A stretch of 64,000 bases of DNA from an uncultured Gammaproteobacteria bacterium (GTDB lineage Bacteria; Patescibacteriota; Microgenomatia; UBA12405). Positions within the stretch are counted from its first letter, which is position 1. Every line of letters begins with the position of its first letter. The translations under genes and the position numbers were made by a program. Positions 48,305 through 57,981 of the stretch are shown piece by piece. The notes beneath the pieces were generated by a model that did no database searches, was not told the DNA's origin, and saw only the letters and a program-made list of their open reading frames with translations. Location: NCBI GenBank assembly GCA_964549165.1, contig CAZJUH010000002.1, positions 1,896 to 65,895 of the forward strand, read 5' to 3'.

Positions 48305-50067
48305 CCAACTACACCTTAAAATTTTTTGATAAAGACACTCGGGAAAAACTTCATTTTTGGAGATTAGCCCGTCAATTTTGGCACATTTTAAAGGATGAAA
48401 AATCAAAATTAATTATTGCCACCATTTCCATCGCTGTTAATTCTGCGGCCAGCATTGCCGCTCCTTTTATTTTGGGTTATACCATTGACCATTTTATCAT
48501 CCAAAAAAATTTAAATGGCCTCACTAATTTTTCCTTAATTTTGGCCGGAATCTATTTAATCACTTTTGCGACTAATTTTATTCAGGTTCGCACCATGGGT
48601 ACTTTAGGCCAAAATATCTTATTTAAGCTCAGAAATTCCCTTTTTTCCAAAATTCAAAGCTTGCCTTTAAAATTTTTCAATCAAAATAAACTTGGTGATT
48701 TAATTTCTCGGATCAACAACGACACTGATAAATTAAATCAATTCTTTTCTCAACAATTAAACCAGTTTGTCGGCAATATTTTTACTCTTATTGGTATTGG
48801 TATCTTTATTTTCTTTATCAACTACCGTCTGGCTATGGTGACTTTATCCGCTGCTATTTTTTTGTTTATTATTACTTCAATTATTTCTCCCTGGATTGCC
48901 CGGCGCAATCGACTCAGTTTACAAAGTTTGGGTGGTCTTTCCGCCGAAGTTTCCGAAAGTCTTAATTATTTTAAAGTTATTGTCTCTTTTAACCGCCGTG
49001 ATTATTTTCGGGAAAATTTTAATCATTCCAACACTGAAAATTTTCAGATGTCCTTTCGTTCCGGTATTGCTAACAATTTAATGGGCCCCATCTATGACTT
49101 CTCTGGCAATTTGGCTACTTTATTAGTTTTACTTTATGGAATTTTTTTGATCACTCAAGGCCAACTGACAATCGGTATTTTAATTTCTTTCTTAAGTTAT
49201 ACCGATCGTTTTTATGGACCACTTCGTCAAATGGCCTCTCTTTGGGCCGGAGTTCAAACCGCCCTGGCAGCTTGGAACCGGATTTTTGAAATTCAGCACT
49301 TGAAATCGGACATGGAAATTTTACCCGAATCTAAGGAAAAAGATACCAAATCAATGATGCACTTTGAAAATGTAGTGTTTGGTTACGACGAAGAAAACCC
49401 GGTTCTGAAGAAAGTTAATTTCAATTTTCTAGAAGGCAAAACTTACGCCATTGTCGGTCCTACCGGCGGTGGTAAAAGTACCATTGCTTCGCTCATGTCT
49501 CGGCTCTACGATCCCCAAAAGGGTACCGTTTATCTCAACGATTGTGATATCCGTACTTATCAGCCCAAAGATTTATCCCAAAAAATTGGCTTTATCTTAC
49601 AGGAACAATATTTATTTACCGGTACGGTCGGGGAGAATATTGTTTACGGCAATCTGGAATTCAAAAAATATTCTAAAAAGAAACTGGAAAAATTATTAAG
49701 TGAATTAAATTTAGATTCTTTAATTAATAAATTCGAAGACGGCCTTGACACTAAAATTGTTTATAACAGTGAAAGCATTAGTCTAGGTCAAAAACAACTG
49801 ATTTCTTTTATCCGGGCTATCATCCGCCGGCCAGAATTATTAATTATGGATGAAGCTACCGCTAATATTGATACTGTTACCGAGGGCTTGTTGCAAACAA
49901 TTATTAATAAATTACCAAAAAATACCACTAAGGTTATTATTGCTCATCGTTTAAATACCATCAAAAATGCCGACGAAATCTACTTTGTTAACAATGGCCA
50001 GGTTGTCACGGCTCAGTCTCTTGAACATTCAGTCGAGATGATTACCAAAAGCAATAAGAACTCTTAA
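48301..50067 (+). CDS. ABC exporter half, consensus catalytic NBD
   Basis: TMD + GPTGGGKS, ISLGQKQ, LIMDEAT, IAHR; heterodimer partner of the upstream gene. Confidence 0.9.
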   Translation: MTNYTLKFFDKDTREKLHFWRLARQFWHILKDEKSKLIIATISIAVNSAASIAAPFILGYTIDHFIIQKNLNGLTNFSLILAGIYLITFATNFIQVRTMGTLGQNILFKLRNSLFSKIQSLPLKFFNQNKLGDLISRINNDTDKLNQFFSQQLNQFVGNIFTLIGIGIFIFFINYRLAMVTLSAAIFLFIITSIISPWIARRNRLSLQSLGGLSAEVSESLNYFKVIVSFNRRDYFRENFNHSNTENFQMSFRSGIANNLMGPIYDFSGNLATLLVLLYGIFLITQGQLTIGILISFLSYTDRFYGPLRQMASLWAGVQTALAAWNRIFEIQHLKSDMEILPESKEKDTKSMMHFENVVFGYDEENPVLKKVNFNFLEGKTYAIVGPTGGGKSTIASLMSRLYDPQKGTVYLNDCDIRTYQPKDLSQKIGFILQEQYLFTGTVGENIVYGNLEFKKYSKKKLEKLLSELNLDSLINKFEDGLDTKIVYNSESISLGQKQLISFIRAIIRRPELLIMDEATANIDTVTEGLLQTIINKLPKNTTKVIIAHRLNTIKNADEIYFVNNGQVVTAQSLEHSVEMITKSNKNS

Positions 50068-50082
50068 GAGTTAAAATAATTA

Positions 50083-50811
50083 ATGTCTTTAATCCAATCT
50101 TTAATTCTCGCTTTTGTTCAGGGTCTTACCGAATTTTTGCCTATTTCTTCTGATGGACACTTAAATTTAGTTCAATATCTTTTTGGTTTTTCCCCTTCTC
50201 TTACTTTTGATATTTATCTTCATCTTGCTACCTTTTTTTCAGTTATTTTTTTCTTCAGAAAAAGACTCTCATATTTTTTCTCAAATATAAAATATATTTT
50301 TATTGGTTCAATTCCAGTCATAGTTACTGGTTTTTTTTTAAAAGATTACATAACAACTATTTTTATTAATCCTAAACTTCTTCCTTTTTTCTTTTTAATC
50401 ACCGCCCTCTATACCCTCTTTACAAAATTTATTAAAAAACAAGATAAAAAAATCACCTATTTATCAGCCTTAATTATTGGTATATTTCAAGCTCTTGCTC
50501 TTCTCCCGGGAGTATCTCGAAGTGGGGGAACTATCTTTTCCGCCCTTCTTTTAGGTCTTTCGCCAATTAATGCTTTTAATTTTTCTTTTTCATTATTTAT
50601 TCCTGCCACATTTGGGGCAATTTTACTCGAAATAAAAAATATCTTATCTCTAAATATCCTAACCTTAAACAATCTTGTGGCTTTTATTGTTACCTTTTTA
50701 GTTGGACTACTTGCTTTAAACTTTCTTGAAAAAGCACTTACTAGCAACAGATTTTGGTTTTTCGGTATTTACACCCTAATTTTATCTCTGACTTTGTTTT
50801 TTGTTCTTTAG
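50083..50811 (+). CDS. uppP: Undecaprenyl-diphosphatase
   Basis: QGLTEFLPISSDGH, LPGVSRSG. Confidence 0.95.
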   Translation: MSLIQSLILAFVQGLTEFLPISSDGHLNLVQYLFGFSPSLTFDIYLHLATFFSVIFFFRKRLSYFFSNIKYIFIGSIPVIVTGFFLKDYITTIFINPKLLPFFFLITALYTLFTKFIKKQDKKITYLSALIIGIFQALALLPGVSRSGGTIFSALLLGLSPINAFNFSFSLFIPATFGAILLEIKNILSLNILTLNNLVAFIVTFLVGLLALNFLEKALTSNRFWFFGIYTLILSLTLFFVL

Positions 50812-50960
50812 GCCTCGGCAATTTTGCCCGTAATCTGAATTTCTTTAAATTTTTTAATACTCTTGATTGTTTTTCTTAAAGCTTTAAAGCGCGCCTCAAA
50901 ATTTATTACCTCAACATAAAATTCCGACACTACCAAAAGCTCTTTATTTTTATTTTTCAT
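50808..50960 (-). CDS. Possible small basic protein, 50 aa (not in ORF track)
   Basis: MKNKNKELLVVSEFYVEVINFEARFKALRKTIKSIKKFKEIQITGKIAEA; fills the gap downstream of korB. Confidence 0.4.
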   Translation of the reverse strand: MKNKNKELLVVSEFYVEVINFEARFKALRKTIKSIKKFKEIQITGKIAEA

Positions 50961-50964
50961 ATTT

Positions 50965-50999
50965 TTTAGGTTTTAGAATTTAGGCTTTAGGTTTTAGAT
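50965..50999. repeat. Heptamer array x5
   Basis: tttaggt tttagaa tttaggc tttaggt tttagat. Confidence 0.8.
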
Positions 51000-51659
51000 T
51001 TTTCCGCCAGAGGCGGATCCGCCTTTGGCTGAAGATTTTTTTTCAATTAGTTGTTTTCCAAAGCTAACGCAAAGCTGTTCGAGATCTAAAAGATGAAAAC
51101 CTTTTTTAGAAATCGCCCTTTCCATCGCCTCATTAACTTTTGTAGGTTCTTTGCAGTTAATATGCTCCGCATCGACTTCTGGATTTACGGTTTTAATCAG
51201 TTCTACCGGTATCAAAGCGATACTAGGGACACCCTTTGGAGTCGATTTTGTTTTTGTCCCCTTTGGAGTCGTCGGGCTACTTTGACCTGTCGTCAGAGAA
51301 TAGAGGTGGTTATTGGCCACGATTACGGTAATATCGATATTTAATCTGGCCGCGGCTATTAAATGACTAAGTCCTTCGCCATAAATTCCCCCGTCTCCAC
51401 CAATGGCAATTACATTTAACTCGGGATTAGCTAGTTTTATTCCCACCGCTGTCGGGATACATCGACCATGGAGGGAATGAACCCCCCAAGCCTTTACAAA
51501 ATCAGCCATATTACCGATACAGCCAATATCATAGACAATTACCGTCTTGTCTTGATCTAAATTCATTTTTGCCAAAGTATTTTGAAGTCCTGCGTAAATA
51601 ACATAATCTTCACATCCCGGACACCAGGTGGGGATAACCCCTGATCGCCAATTAGTCAT
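50994..51659 (-). CDS. 2-oxoacid:ferredoxin oxidoreductase beta subunit
   Basis: WCPGC, HSLHGR, GGDG TPP motif, LTTGQSSPT. Confidence 0.92.
   Translation of the reverse strand: MTNWRSGVIPTWCPGCEDYVIYAGLQNTLAKMNLDQDKTVIVYDIGCIGNMADFVKAWGVHSLHGRCIPTAVGIKLANPELNVIAIGGDGGIYGEGLSHLIAAARLNIDITVIVANNHLYSLTTGQSSPTTPKGTKTKSTPKGVPSIALIPVELIKTVNPEVDAEHINCKEPTKVNEAMERAISKKGFHLLDLEQLCVSFGKQLIEKKSSAKGGSASGGKI
51003..51032 (-). repeat. 30-bp coding palindrome ([10 protein letters not shown]) at C-terminus of the beta subunit
   Basis: Reverse complement reads tcagccaaaggcggatccgcctctggcgga. Confidence 0.92.
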
Positions 51660-53235
51660 TGAGAGCCTCCTTTATTTCTTCCGGAAAGAATGGTCTTCCG
51701 TCATATTTTAATATTTTTTTAGTAAATTCAACTGTCATTTGTGATTTTAGCAGTGTTTCGAGCTGTGTCGTTGCATTATTTTCAATCAATATTTTTTCAT
51801 CAAAAGCATTAATTATTTGACCTATTTTAGGGTCAATTGGCCACATTCCCTTGATTTGCAAAAAGGCGTAATCTTCTTTATTATTCATTTCTTTTAAGGC
51901 CTCTAAAATTGCTCCCTTGCTTGAGCCCCAGGCGACAATAATTTTTTTGGCTTTATCGCTTCCATAAAGATTTACTTTGGGCATCGCCGTCAAAATATCT
52001 TTTATCTTATTTAATCTTAAATCAACGGCTTTTTTACTTTCCATTGCTCCTTCAACCGAAAATCCTTCATTATTATGTTCATAGCTATTATATAGTTTTA
52101 TTTTTTGCCTTTTTCCAGGGATTGCTTTTAGACTTTCAATTTTTTCTTCTTTTTCTTTATCAAAATTTTTTGTATTAGCACTGGACTCCGATAAGTTTTT
52201 ATCAGAAAGCATAATCACGGGAATATCAAATTTATTGGCCAGATTTAGTGCCAATTTACTTAATTCATAGGCTTCTTCATGGTCACCCGCGGCAAAGACT
52301 ATTTTAGGAAATTCACCGTGACCACTATGCACCGCAAAAAGTAAATCTCCTTGACTCGTCCAGGTTGGCATCCCGGTGGCTGGACCTGGCCGCTGGGAGA
52401 GGAAATAGACCACTCCTAGTCCTGCCTGAGCGTTGAAGCTGATTGTTTCTGTCATGAGCGCAAAACCACCACCTGAGGTGCCTACGGCCGCCCTAGCTCC
52501 TGCCATTGAAGCGCCTGAGGCAATTGAGGCTACGGCAATCTCATCTTCGGGATGAATTACCTTGATTTTAAATTCGTCAATATTTTTGGCTAAAAAGTGG
52601 AGTAAGCCTGAAGCTGGAGTCATGGGGTAGGCCACGAACATCTGAAGACCCGCTTTATACAGCCCCCACCCAGCCGCTTCGTTGCCGTCAACGATGATCA
52701 TTTTTTCTGCATTATTACCTTTATCTATAGGTAATTTTTGACAATTTTTCTCAGCCCAGTTATATCCTATTTCAAATGCTTTTAAATTGATAGAATCACA
52801 ACCAAAAGCCTCTTCAATATTTTTTTTAGCAAAATTCTTATCTAGATTAAGTAAAAAAGCAAGTAGCCCCAGGGAAATAGTATTGGTATAGAGATTTCCC
52901 CCAAGCTCACTACACATTTCTTTAAAAGGAATATCTATTTTACCGTCATTATCGGCAAAGACGAATGTTTCTTTTTTAAATTCGTTCTCGTGTTCTTGCC
53001 AGTGTCCAGCAACGAGTGATATAAAAATATCTAATTTTTTGTGAACACAGTAGACCTTATCAACCGAAAAACTAACCTGATAGGTATTGTGTCCTCCTCG
53101 GACTAAAGATGGATATTCCGAATAATCCTGGAGAAAATATCCGCTTTCATTTAACATTTTGGCAAGTAAGAGACCTGCCGACTTAATTCCTGTTCCTGCC
53201 GGCCCAGCAATTTTGATTGTCCATACTTTATTCAT
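51652..53235 (-). CDS. 2-oxoacid:ferredoxin oxidoreductase alpha subunit
   Basis: YPSLVRGGH, AYPMTPAS, EDEIA, TSGGGF, QRPGPATGMPT. Confidence 0.93.
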   Translation of the reverse strand: MNKVWTIKIAGPAGTGIKSAGLLLAKMLNESGYFLQDYSEYPSLVRGGHNTYQVSFSVDKVYCVHKKLDIFISLVAGHWQEHENEFKKETFVFADNDGKIDIPFKEMCSELGGNLYTNTISLGLLAFLLNLDKNFAKKNIEEAFGCDSINLKAFEIGYNWAEKNCQKLPIDKGNNAEKMIIVDGNEAAGWGLYKAGLQMFVAYPMTPASGLLHFLAKNIDEFKIKVIHPEDEIAVASIASGASMAGARAAVGTSGGGFALMTETISFNAQAGLGVVYFLSQRPGPATGMPTWTSQGDLLFAVHSGHGEFPKIVFAAGDHEEAYELSKLALNLANKFDIPVIMLSDKNLSESSANTKNFDKEKEEKIESLKAIPGKRQKIKLYNSYEHNNEGFSVEGAMESKKAVDLRLNKIKDILTAMPKVNLYGSDKAKKIIVAWGSSKGAILEALKEMNNKEDYAFLQIKGMWPIDPKIGQIINAFDEKILIENNATTQLETLLKSQMTVEFTKKILKYDGRPFFPEEIKEALND

Positions 53236-53364
53236 AATGTTTCTATTCTACTATACATTGCTTTTAATTTTAACTGTGTTAAACTACTCTCTGATTTGCG
53301 AACGCCTTCCTGCACCTCTTTAGTTGTGCTTGAATAATTGTGGGCCAAATGCTCATCAATTATT

Positions 53365-54597
53365 ATGTATCAACAAAATACTACTTCTCGTCCTGCACGC
53401 CACTTTGCTCATTTTTCCAGTCCTTCTCGCGCTTTTTCTTCACACCCTCGTTTTTCTGGGCCTTCCCGTGGTGCTCCCCATCGTCGTTTTGGCAGCATTA
53501 TTAATCCGGCCCTTTTTATTAAAAAAGCCGAGGAATTTACTAAAATTGAGGAAACTAATCCTGTTCATTCTTTTTCCGATTTTAATTTTAATTCCCAACT
53601 TTTAGCCAATATCAAGGCTAATTCTTATCTTAAACCAACTCCAATTCAAGATAAGTTAATTTCTGAAGTTATCGCTGGCCGTGACGTTCTCGGTGTCGCC
53701 AATACTGGTACCGGCAAAACCGCTGCCTTTGCCCTACCTTTAATTAATGAAATTATTAGAAACCCCCACAAAAGAATTTTAATTTTAGCTCCGACCCGTG
53801 AACTGGCTCAGCAGATTAAAGATGATTTCCGCTGCTTTACTCCTGGTCTTAAGGTGTATTTAGCTCTGGCTATTGGCGGTGCCTTTATGCGTGAACAAAT
53901 AATGGATATTCGTCGTGGTCCCAATGTCATTATTGGTACTCCGGGCCGGGTGATGGATCTCGGTCGTCGTCGGGTCATCAATTTTGCTCAGTTTGACACA
54001 CTCGTTCTCGACGAAGTCGATCGGATGCTTGATATGGGTTTTGTCGCTGATATTAAATCAGTTGTTTCTCAAATAACTCAAAAACATCAGACTTTATTTT
54101 TTTCCGCCACTGTCGATAAAAAAATAGAAACTTTAATTGACACTTTTTTGACGAATCCAGTTAAGGTTTCCGTCAAAACTACTACCACTTCTTCTCACGT
54201 TGACCAAAACGTTGTCAAAGTTGAACGTTATCGAAAAGAAGAAGTTCTCTGCGACATGTTAAAAAAACCAGAATTTAAAAAGGTTCTTATTTTTGCGTCG
54301 ACTAAAATGTATACCGAAAAACTCTATTTATCTTTACAACAAAAAGGCTTTAAAGTAGGTTCTATTCACGGCGACAAAAGACAAAGTCAGCGAATAACTA
54401 CAATTAGATCCTTTAAAAACGACAGTCTCAATATTTTAGTGGCGACCGATGTGGCCGCTAGAGGTCTTGATATTCATGATATTACCCACGTTATCAATTT
54501 TGATCAGCCAGCTACTTATGATGATTATATTCATCGTATCGGCCGCACTGGCCGGGCCGATCAAAAAGGTTACGCCCTGACCTTTATTGAGCCTTAA
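53365..54597 (+). CDS. DEAD-box RNA helicase
   Basis: TGTGKT, PTRELA, DEVD, SAT, HRIGRTGR; start set at ATG 53365. Confidence 0.95.
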   Translation: MYQQNTTSRPARHFAHFSSPSRAFSSHPRFSGPSRGAPHRRFGSIINPALFIKKAEEFTKIEETNPVHSFSDFNFNSQLLANIKANSYLKPTPIQDKLISEVIAGRDVLGVANTGTGKTAAFALPLINEIIRNPHKRILILAPTRELAQQIKDDFRCFTPGLKVYLALAIGGAFMREQIMDIRRGPNVIIGTPGRVMDLGRRRVINFAQFDTLVLDEVDRMLDMGFVADIKSVVSQITQKHQTLFFSATVDKKIETLIDTFLTNPVKVSVKTTTTSSHVDQNVVKVERYRKEEVLCDMLKKPEFKKVLIFASTKMYTEKLYLSLQQKGFKVGSIHGDKRQSQRITTIRSFKNDSLNILVATDVAARGLDIHDITHVINFDQPATYDDYIHRIGRTGRADQKGYALTFIEP

Positions 54598-54643
54598 AAT
54601 CAAGCTCTTTTATTTCAAAAAGCGAAGGTGTTATACTCAAAGC

Positions 54644-55285
54644 ATGAAAAAAATAACTACTGTCAAAAAAACTGCTAGCAAAACAATTAAAAAAGCTCCC
54701 GTCATTACTCAACCTGTAAAAAAAGTTAATTTCACTCCTTTTATTGTTGTTTTAGCCCTTGCTGTTTTAGCTTTCCTTTATTACCGCTTTGGAGTCGTGG
54801 CCACCGTCAATGGCAAACCCATCTCTCGACTTGCCTATCTTCAAAATTTAATCAAGCTCGATCAAAAACAAACTTTAAAACAAATGGCCAATGAAGCCTT
54901 GATTTACCAAGAAGCTCAAAAGCAGGGAATTGAAATAGAAAAAAGTATAATTGACACTGAAATCGCCAGCATCGAAGCCAAAATAGTTGAACAAGGTCAA
55001 ACGCTTGAAGCCGCTCTAAGTGCTGAGGGTATGACTAAATCAGATCTAGAAGCCCAAATTCGAATTCAAAAAATTGCCGAAAAATTATCGAATCCCAATG
55101 TCGAGATCACTCAGGCCCAGATTGACGAATATTTAACAAAAAATAAATCTTATTTACCCGCTAATTCCACCAAGGAGCAGCTTCAAGAACTTGCCAAAAC
55201 TCAGTTAACCACCGAAATAAAAAATACGGCTGTCAACACCTGGTTTAGTGAACTCCAGAAAAACTCTCAAATCGTTATCCGCTAA
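54644..55285 (+). CDS. SurA N-terminal/PrsA-like chaperone without PPIase domain
   Basis: TM, VATVNGKPIS, LIYQEAQKQGI; start ATG 54644. Confidence 0.75.
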   Translation: MKKITTVKKTASKTIKKAPVITQPVKKVNFTPFIVVLALAVLAFLYYRFGVVATVNGKPISRLAYLQNLIKLDQKQTLKQMANEALIYQEAQKQGIEIEKSIIDTEIASIEAKIVEQGQTLEAALSAEGMTKSDLEAQIRIQKIAEKLSNPNVEITQAQIDEYLTKNKSYLPANSTKEQLQELAKTQLTTEIKNTAVNTWFSELQKNSQIVIR

Positions 55286-55302
55286 TATTTTTTAAACTTA
55301 AT

Positions 55303-55330
55303 AAAAGCCCCTAAAAATTTAGGGGCTTTT
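55303..55330. terminator. Bidirectional terminator between convergent genes
   Basis: aaaagcccctaaa aa tttaggggctttt. Confidence 0.75.
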
Positions 55331-55565
55331 TAATTAATTTAATTTTTTCCTGACGATCTAATTTTTTTATTCTGGCTTCCTCAATCAAAGCTGCTGATCT
55401 ATCGGCAAATTCTGCAGAAAAGGCCACTTTTACCGGCCGTCTGGCCTTGGTATATTTTGCGCCAAGTTTAGACGAATTATGCTCTTCAATTCTTCTTTCC
55501 AAATTAGTCGTAATTCCCGTGTATAAAGTCCCATCATTACATTGCAAAATATATACAAAATACAT
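55311..55565 (-). CDS. GIY-YIG nuclease (UPF0213-like)
   Basis: YFVYIL.C.DGTLYTGIT..LERR..EHN, GAKYT. Confidence 0.92.
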   Translation of the reverse strand: MYFVYILQCNDGTLYTGITTNLERRIEEHNSSKLGAKYTKARRPVKVAFSAEFADRSAALIEEARIKKLDRQEKIKLIKKPLNF

Positions 55566-55567
55566 TG

Positions 55568-55888
55568 TTAAAAAATATAAACTAATTTTTCAAAATCAAT
55601 TATTCGGTTGCTCTTATCAAGTTTAATTCCTTCGGCTTTATAAATTTTCCGACGGCTCTTATCTATTTTCGGGTCAGTCCAAATTTTACCGCTGCTATAA
55701 ACAATTCTATGCCACGGCACCTCGTCTCTTTTATCACTTTTCCATAAAATACTGGTTACCATTTGTGCCAAAATCGGATGTCCTCCCGCGGCGACGGCCA
55801 GTAAACCATATGTCGTCACTCTTCCCTTCGGAATCGATAAGGCCAGTTCCACTACTTTTCGGCTAAATTCCCCGGGCGCTTGTTTCAT
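55568..55888 (-). CDS. Alkyltransferase-like (ATL/MGMT family) protein
   Basis: IPKGRVTTYG, PWHRI (Trp instead of catalytic Cys). Confidence 0.88.
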   Translation of the reverse strand: MKQAPGEFSRKVVELALSIPKGRVTTYGLLAVAAGGHPILAQMVTSILWKSDKRDEVPWHRIVYSSGKIWTDPKIDKSRRKIYKAEGIKLDKSNRIIDFEKLVYIF

Positions 55889-55891
55889 TTT

Positions 55892-57052
55892 TTATTTCTT
55901 CTTTTCTCTAAAATATTTTTTATTTTTTAATTTCTCTGGCAGTAAATCTTCCTTGGTGTACATGTCATAACCTTTTCCATATCCCAAATCTTTCATCAGC
56001 TTTGTTTCGGGATTAAGAATTGATAGGGGAATGGGTAAATTGCCGTAAGTTTGGACATCTTTTAAGGCGCTCATAAATGCGTCATAGGCGCTTCGGTCCT
56101 TTGGACACTTAGCGAGATATGTCACTCCATGGGCCAAATTTTCCTGACACTCAGGATAACCAATTGTTTCCACCGCCCGGAAAACCGCGTTGGCTACTAA
56201 TAATGCCGATGAAGAGGCAAGACCTATATCCTCCGATGCAAACACCACCATTCTTCTGGCAATAAATTTCGGATCTTCTCCCGCCGCCACCATTCGCGCC
56301 AGATAATAAAGTGCCGCATCCACGTCACTGGCCCGCATCGATTTGATAAACGCCGAAATTGTATTGTAATGTTCCTCGCCCTTTTTATCAAAACGTAAAA
56401 AAGAATTTTGCAGAGCATTTTTTAAAGATTCTATTTTTAAATCACCATACAAAGTTGAGGCATTATCAATCATGGTGATAGCCTGTCTGGCATCACCATT
56501 AGCCATATTGACGAGCCACTCTTTAGCACTCTTGGTCATCTTTATTTTCAAAATTTTTAGGCTCCTGTTTATGATTTCCCCCATCTCTTCCTCTGATAAT
56601 TCTTTTAAAACAAAAACTCGGCACCGGGACAATAAGGGAGCGATTACTTCAAAGCTAGGGTTCTCAGTTGTTGCTCCGATTAAAGTCAGAGCTCCCGTTT
56701 CCACATAAGGCAACAAAAAATCTTGTTGGGCTTTATTAAAACGGTGGATTTCGTCTAAAAATAAAATTTTTTTTATTAATCCGGGATTGTTTGATGAAAT
56801 TATTTTTCTAATATCATCTTTACTCGCCGACACGGCTGACATTTCGTATAGCTCAGCCTCTGCTTCTTTAGCAATTATTTTAGCCAGAGTTGTTTTCCCC
56901 ACTCCCGGAGGTCCCCAAAAAATCATTGAGAATATTTGATGATTTTCAATAGCGAGGCGCAGCGGTTTTCCTTCTCCTACTAAATGTTTTTGCCCAATAA
57001 ATTCGTCTAAATTCTTTGGTCTAAGGATGGCGGCTAGTGGTTCATTGCTCAT
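55892..57052 (-). CDS. rarA: Replication-associated recombination protein A
   Basis: PLA..LRP, WGPPGVGKTT, DEIHRFNKAQQD, ATTENP, SAFIKSMR. Confidence 0.96.
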   Translation of the reverse strand: MSNEPLAAILRPKNLDEFIGQKHLVGEGKPLRLAIENHQIFSMIFWGPPGVGKTTLAKIIAKEAEAELYEMSAVSASKDDIRKIISSNNPGLIKKILFLDEIHRFNKAQQDFLLPYVETGALTLIGATTENPSFEVIAPLLSRCRVFVLKELSEEEMGEIINRSLKILKIKMTKSAKEWLVNMANGDARQAITMIDNASTLYGDLKIESLKNALQNSFLRFDKKGEEHYNTISAFIKSMRASDVDAALYYLARMVAAGEDPKFIARRMVVFASEDIGLASSSALLVANAVFRAVETIGYPECQENLAHGVTYLAKCPKDRSAYDAFMSALKDVQTYGNLPIPLSILNPETKLMKDLGYGKGYDMYTKEDLLPEKLKNKKYFREKKK

Positions 57053-57136
57053 GTCTCATATTATATTCTAGTTTATAATAATATAGTAACCAAAAAATTC
57101 TTATTGATTTTAATTATTTTTTTTACTTGGAAAAAA

Positions 57137-57925
57137 TTATCGAAATAATTTATTAATCTCTGGCATCATATTAATTGTTGTCTCATAGCCAATTTGAATA
57201 TATTTCTTTGCTTTTACAAAATCCAATACATTTATATCTTCCACTGGCGGTAGTATTTTTATGTCAGCCTTTTCCAGGTCAAGAATTGATAATTTTTTTA
57301 TCATCACTTGCATTGAAGAAAAAGCCATTTTTACAATATTAGCTCGGGAAATATTGCCATAATTTTTTGGAAATATCTTGCTGTAAAGCCCCACCGCGAT
57401 AATTTTTTCTTCAGGACTTGGTTCAACTTCGGAGGTGGGAATTGGATTGACCGCTCCACCGTCAATTAAAATTTTATCCTCAAACTTAACTGGAGAAAAA
57501 AGAGCGGGAATTGCACATGAGGCTCTAATGGCAGTAGCTAGTTTTCCTTTATCGAAAACATATTTATTTCCAGTGATAAGGTCAGCACAAACCGCTTTAA
57601 ATTTTATTGGTAAATCTTCAACCCTTTTTTCTCCACATAGTTCGTCCAAAAATGATTCCATTTTTTGCCCTCGCAGGAGTGCTGTTTTTGTTGGCCTTTC
57701 CATTAGTATTTTAAACAATTTTAAATAACCAATTTTGTCAACTATTTTTTCTAAATTTTTCTCATTCGGATCAGCTGCGTACAAACCTCCAATCATGGCT
57801 CCGACTGAGGTGCCAGCTATCTGTGTAATTTCAAAATTGTTTTCCCTTAAGGCTTTTATGACTCCGAGATGTGCCAATCCCTTTGATCCCCCACTTCCTA
57901 ATACTAAACAGATTTTTTTATTCAT
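57137..57925 (-). CDS. Patatin-like phospholipase
   Basis: GSGGSKG, GTSVG, DGG; start set at ATG 57925. Confidence 0.92.
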   Translation of the reverse strand: MNKKICLVLGSGGSKGLAHLGVIKALRENNFEITQIAGTSVGAMIGGLYAADPNEKNLEKIVDKIGYLKLFKILMERPTKTALLRGQKMESFLDELCGEKRVEDLPIKFKAVCADLITGNKYVFDKGKLATAIRASCAIPALFSPVKFEDKILIDGGAVNPIPTSEVEPSPEEKIIAVGLYSKIFPKNYGNISRANIVKMAFSSMQVMIKKLSILDLEKADIKILPPVEDINVLDFVKAKKYIQIGYETTINMMPEINKLFR

Positions 57926-57981
57926 TCGACAAATATAACATATTAGCAATCGAAATCTTTATATGCTATCAATCAATAATT

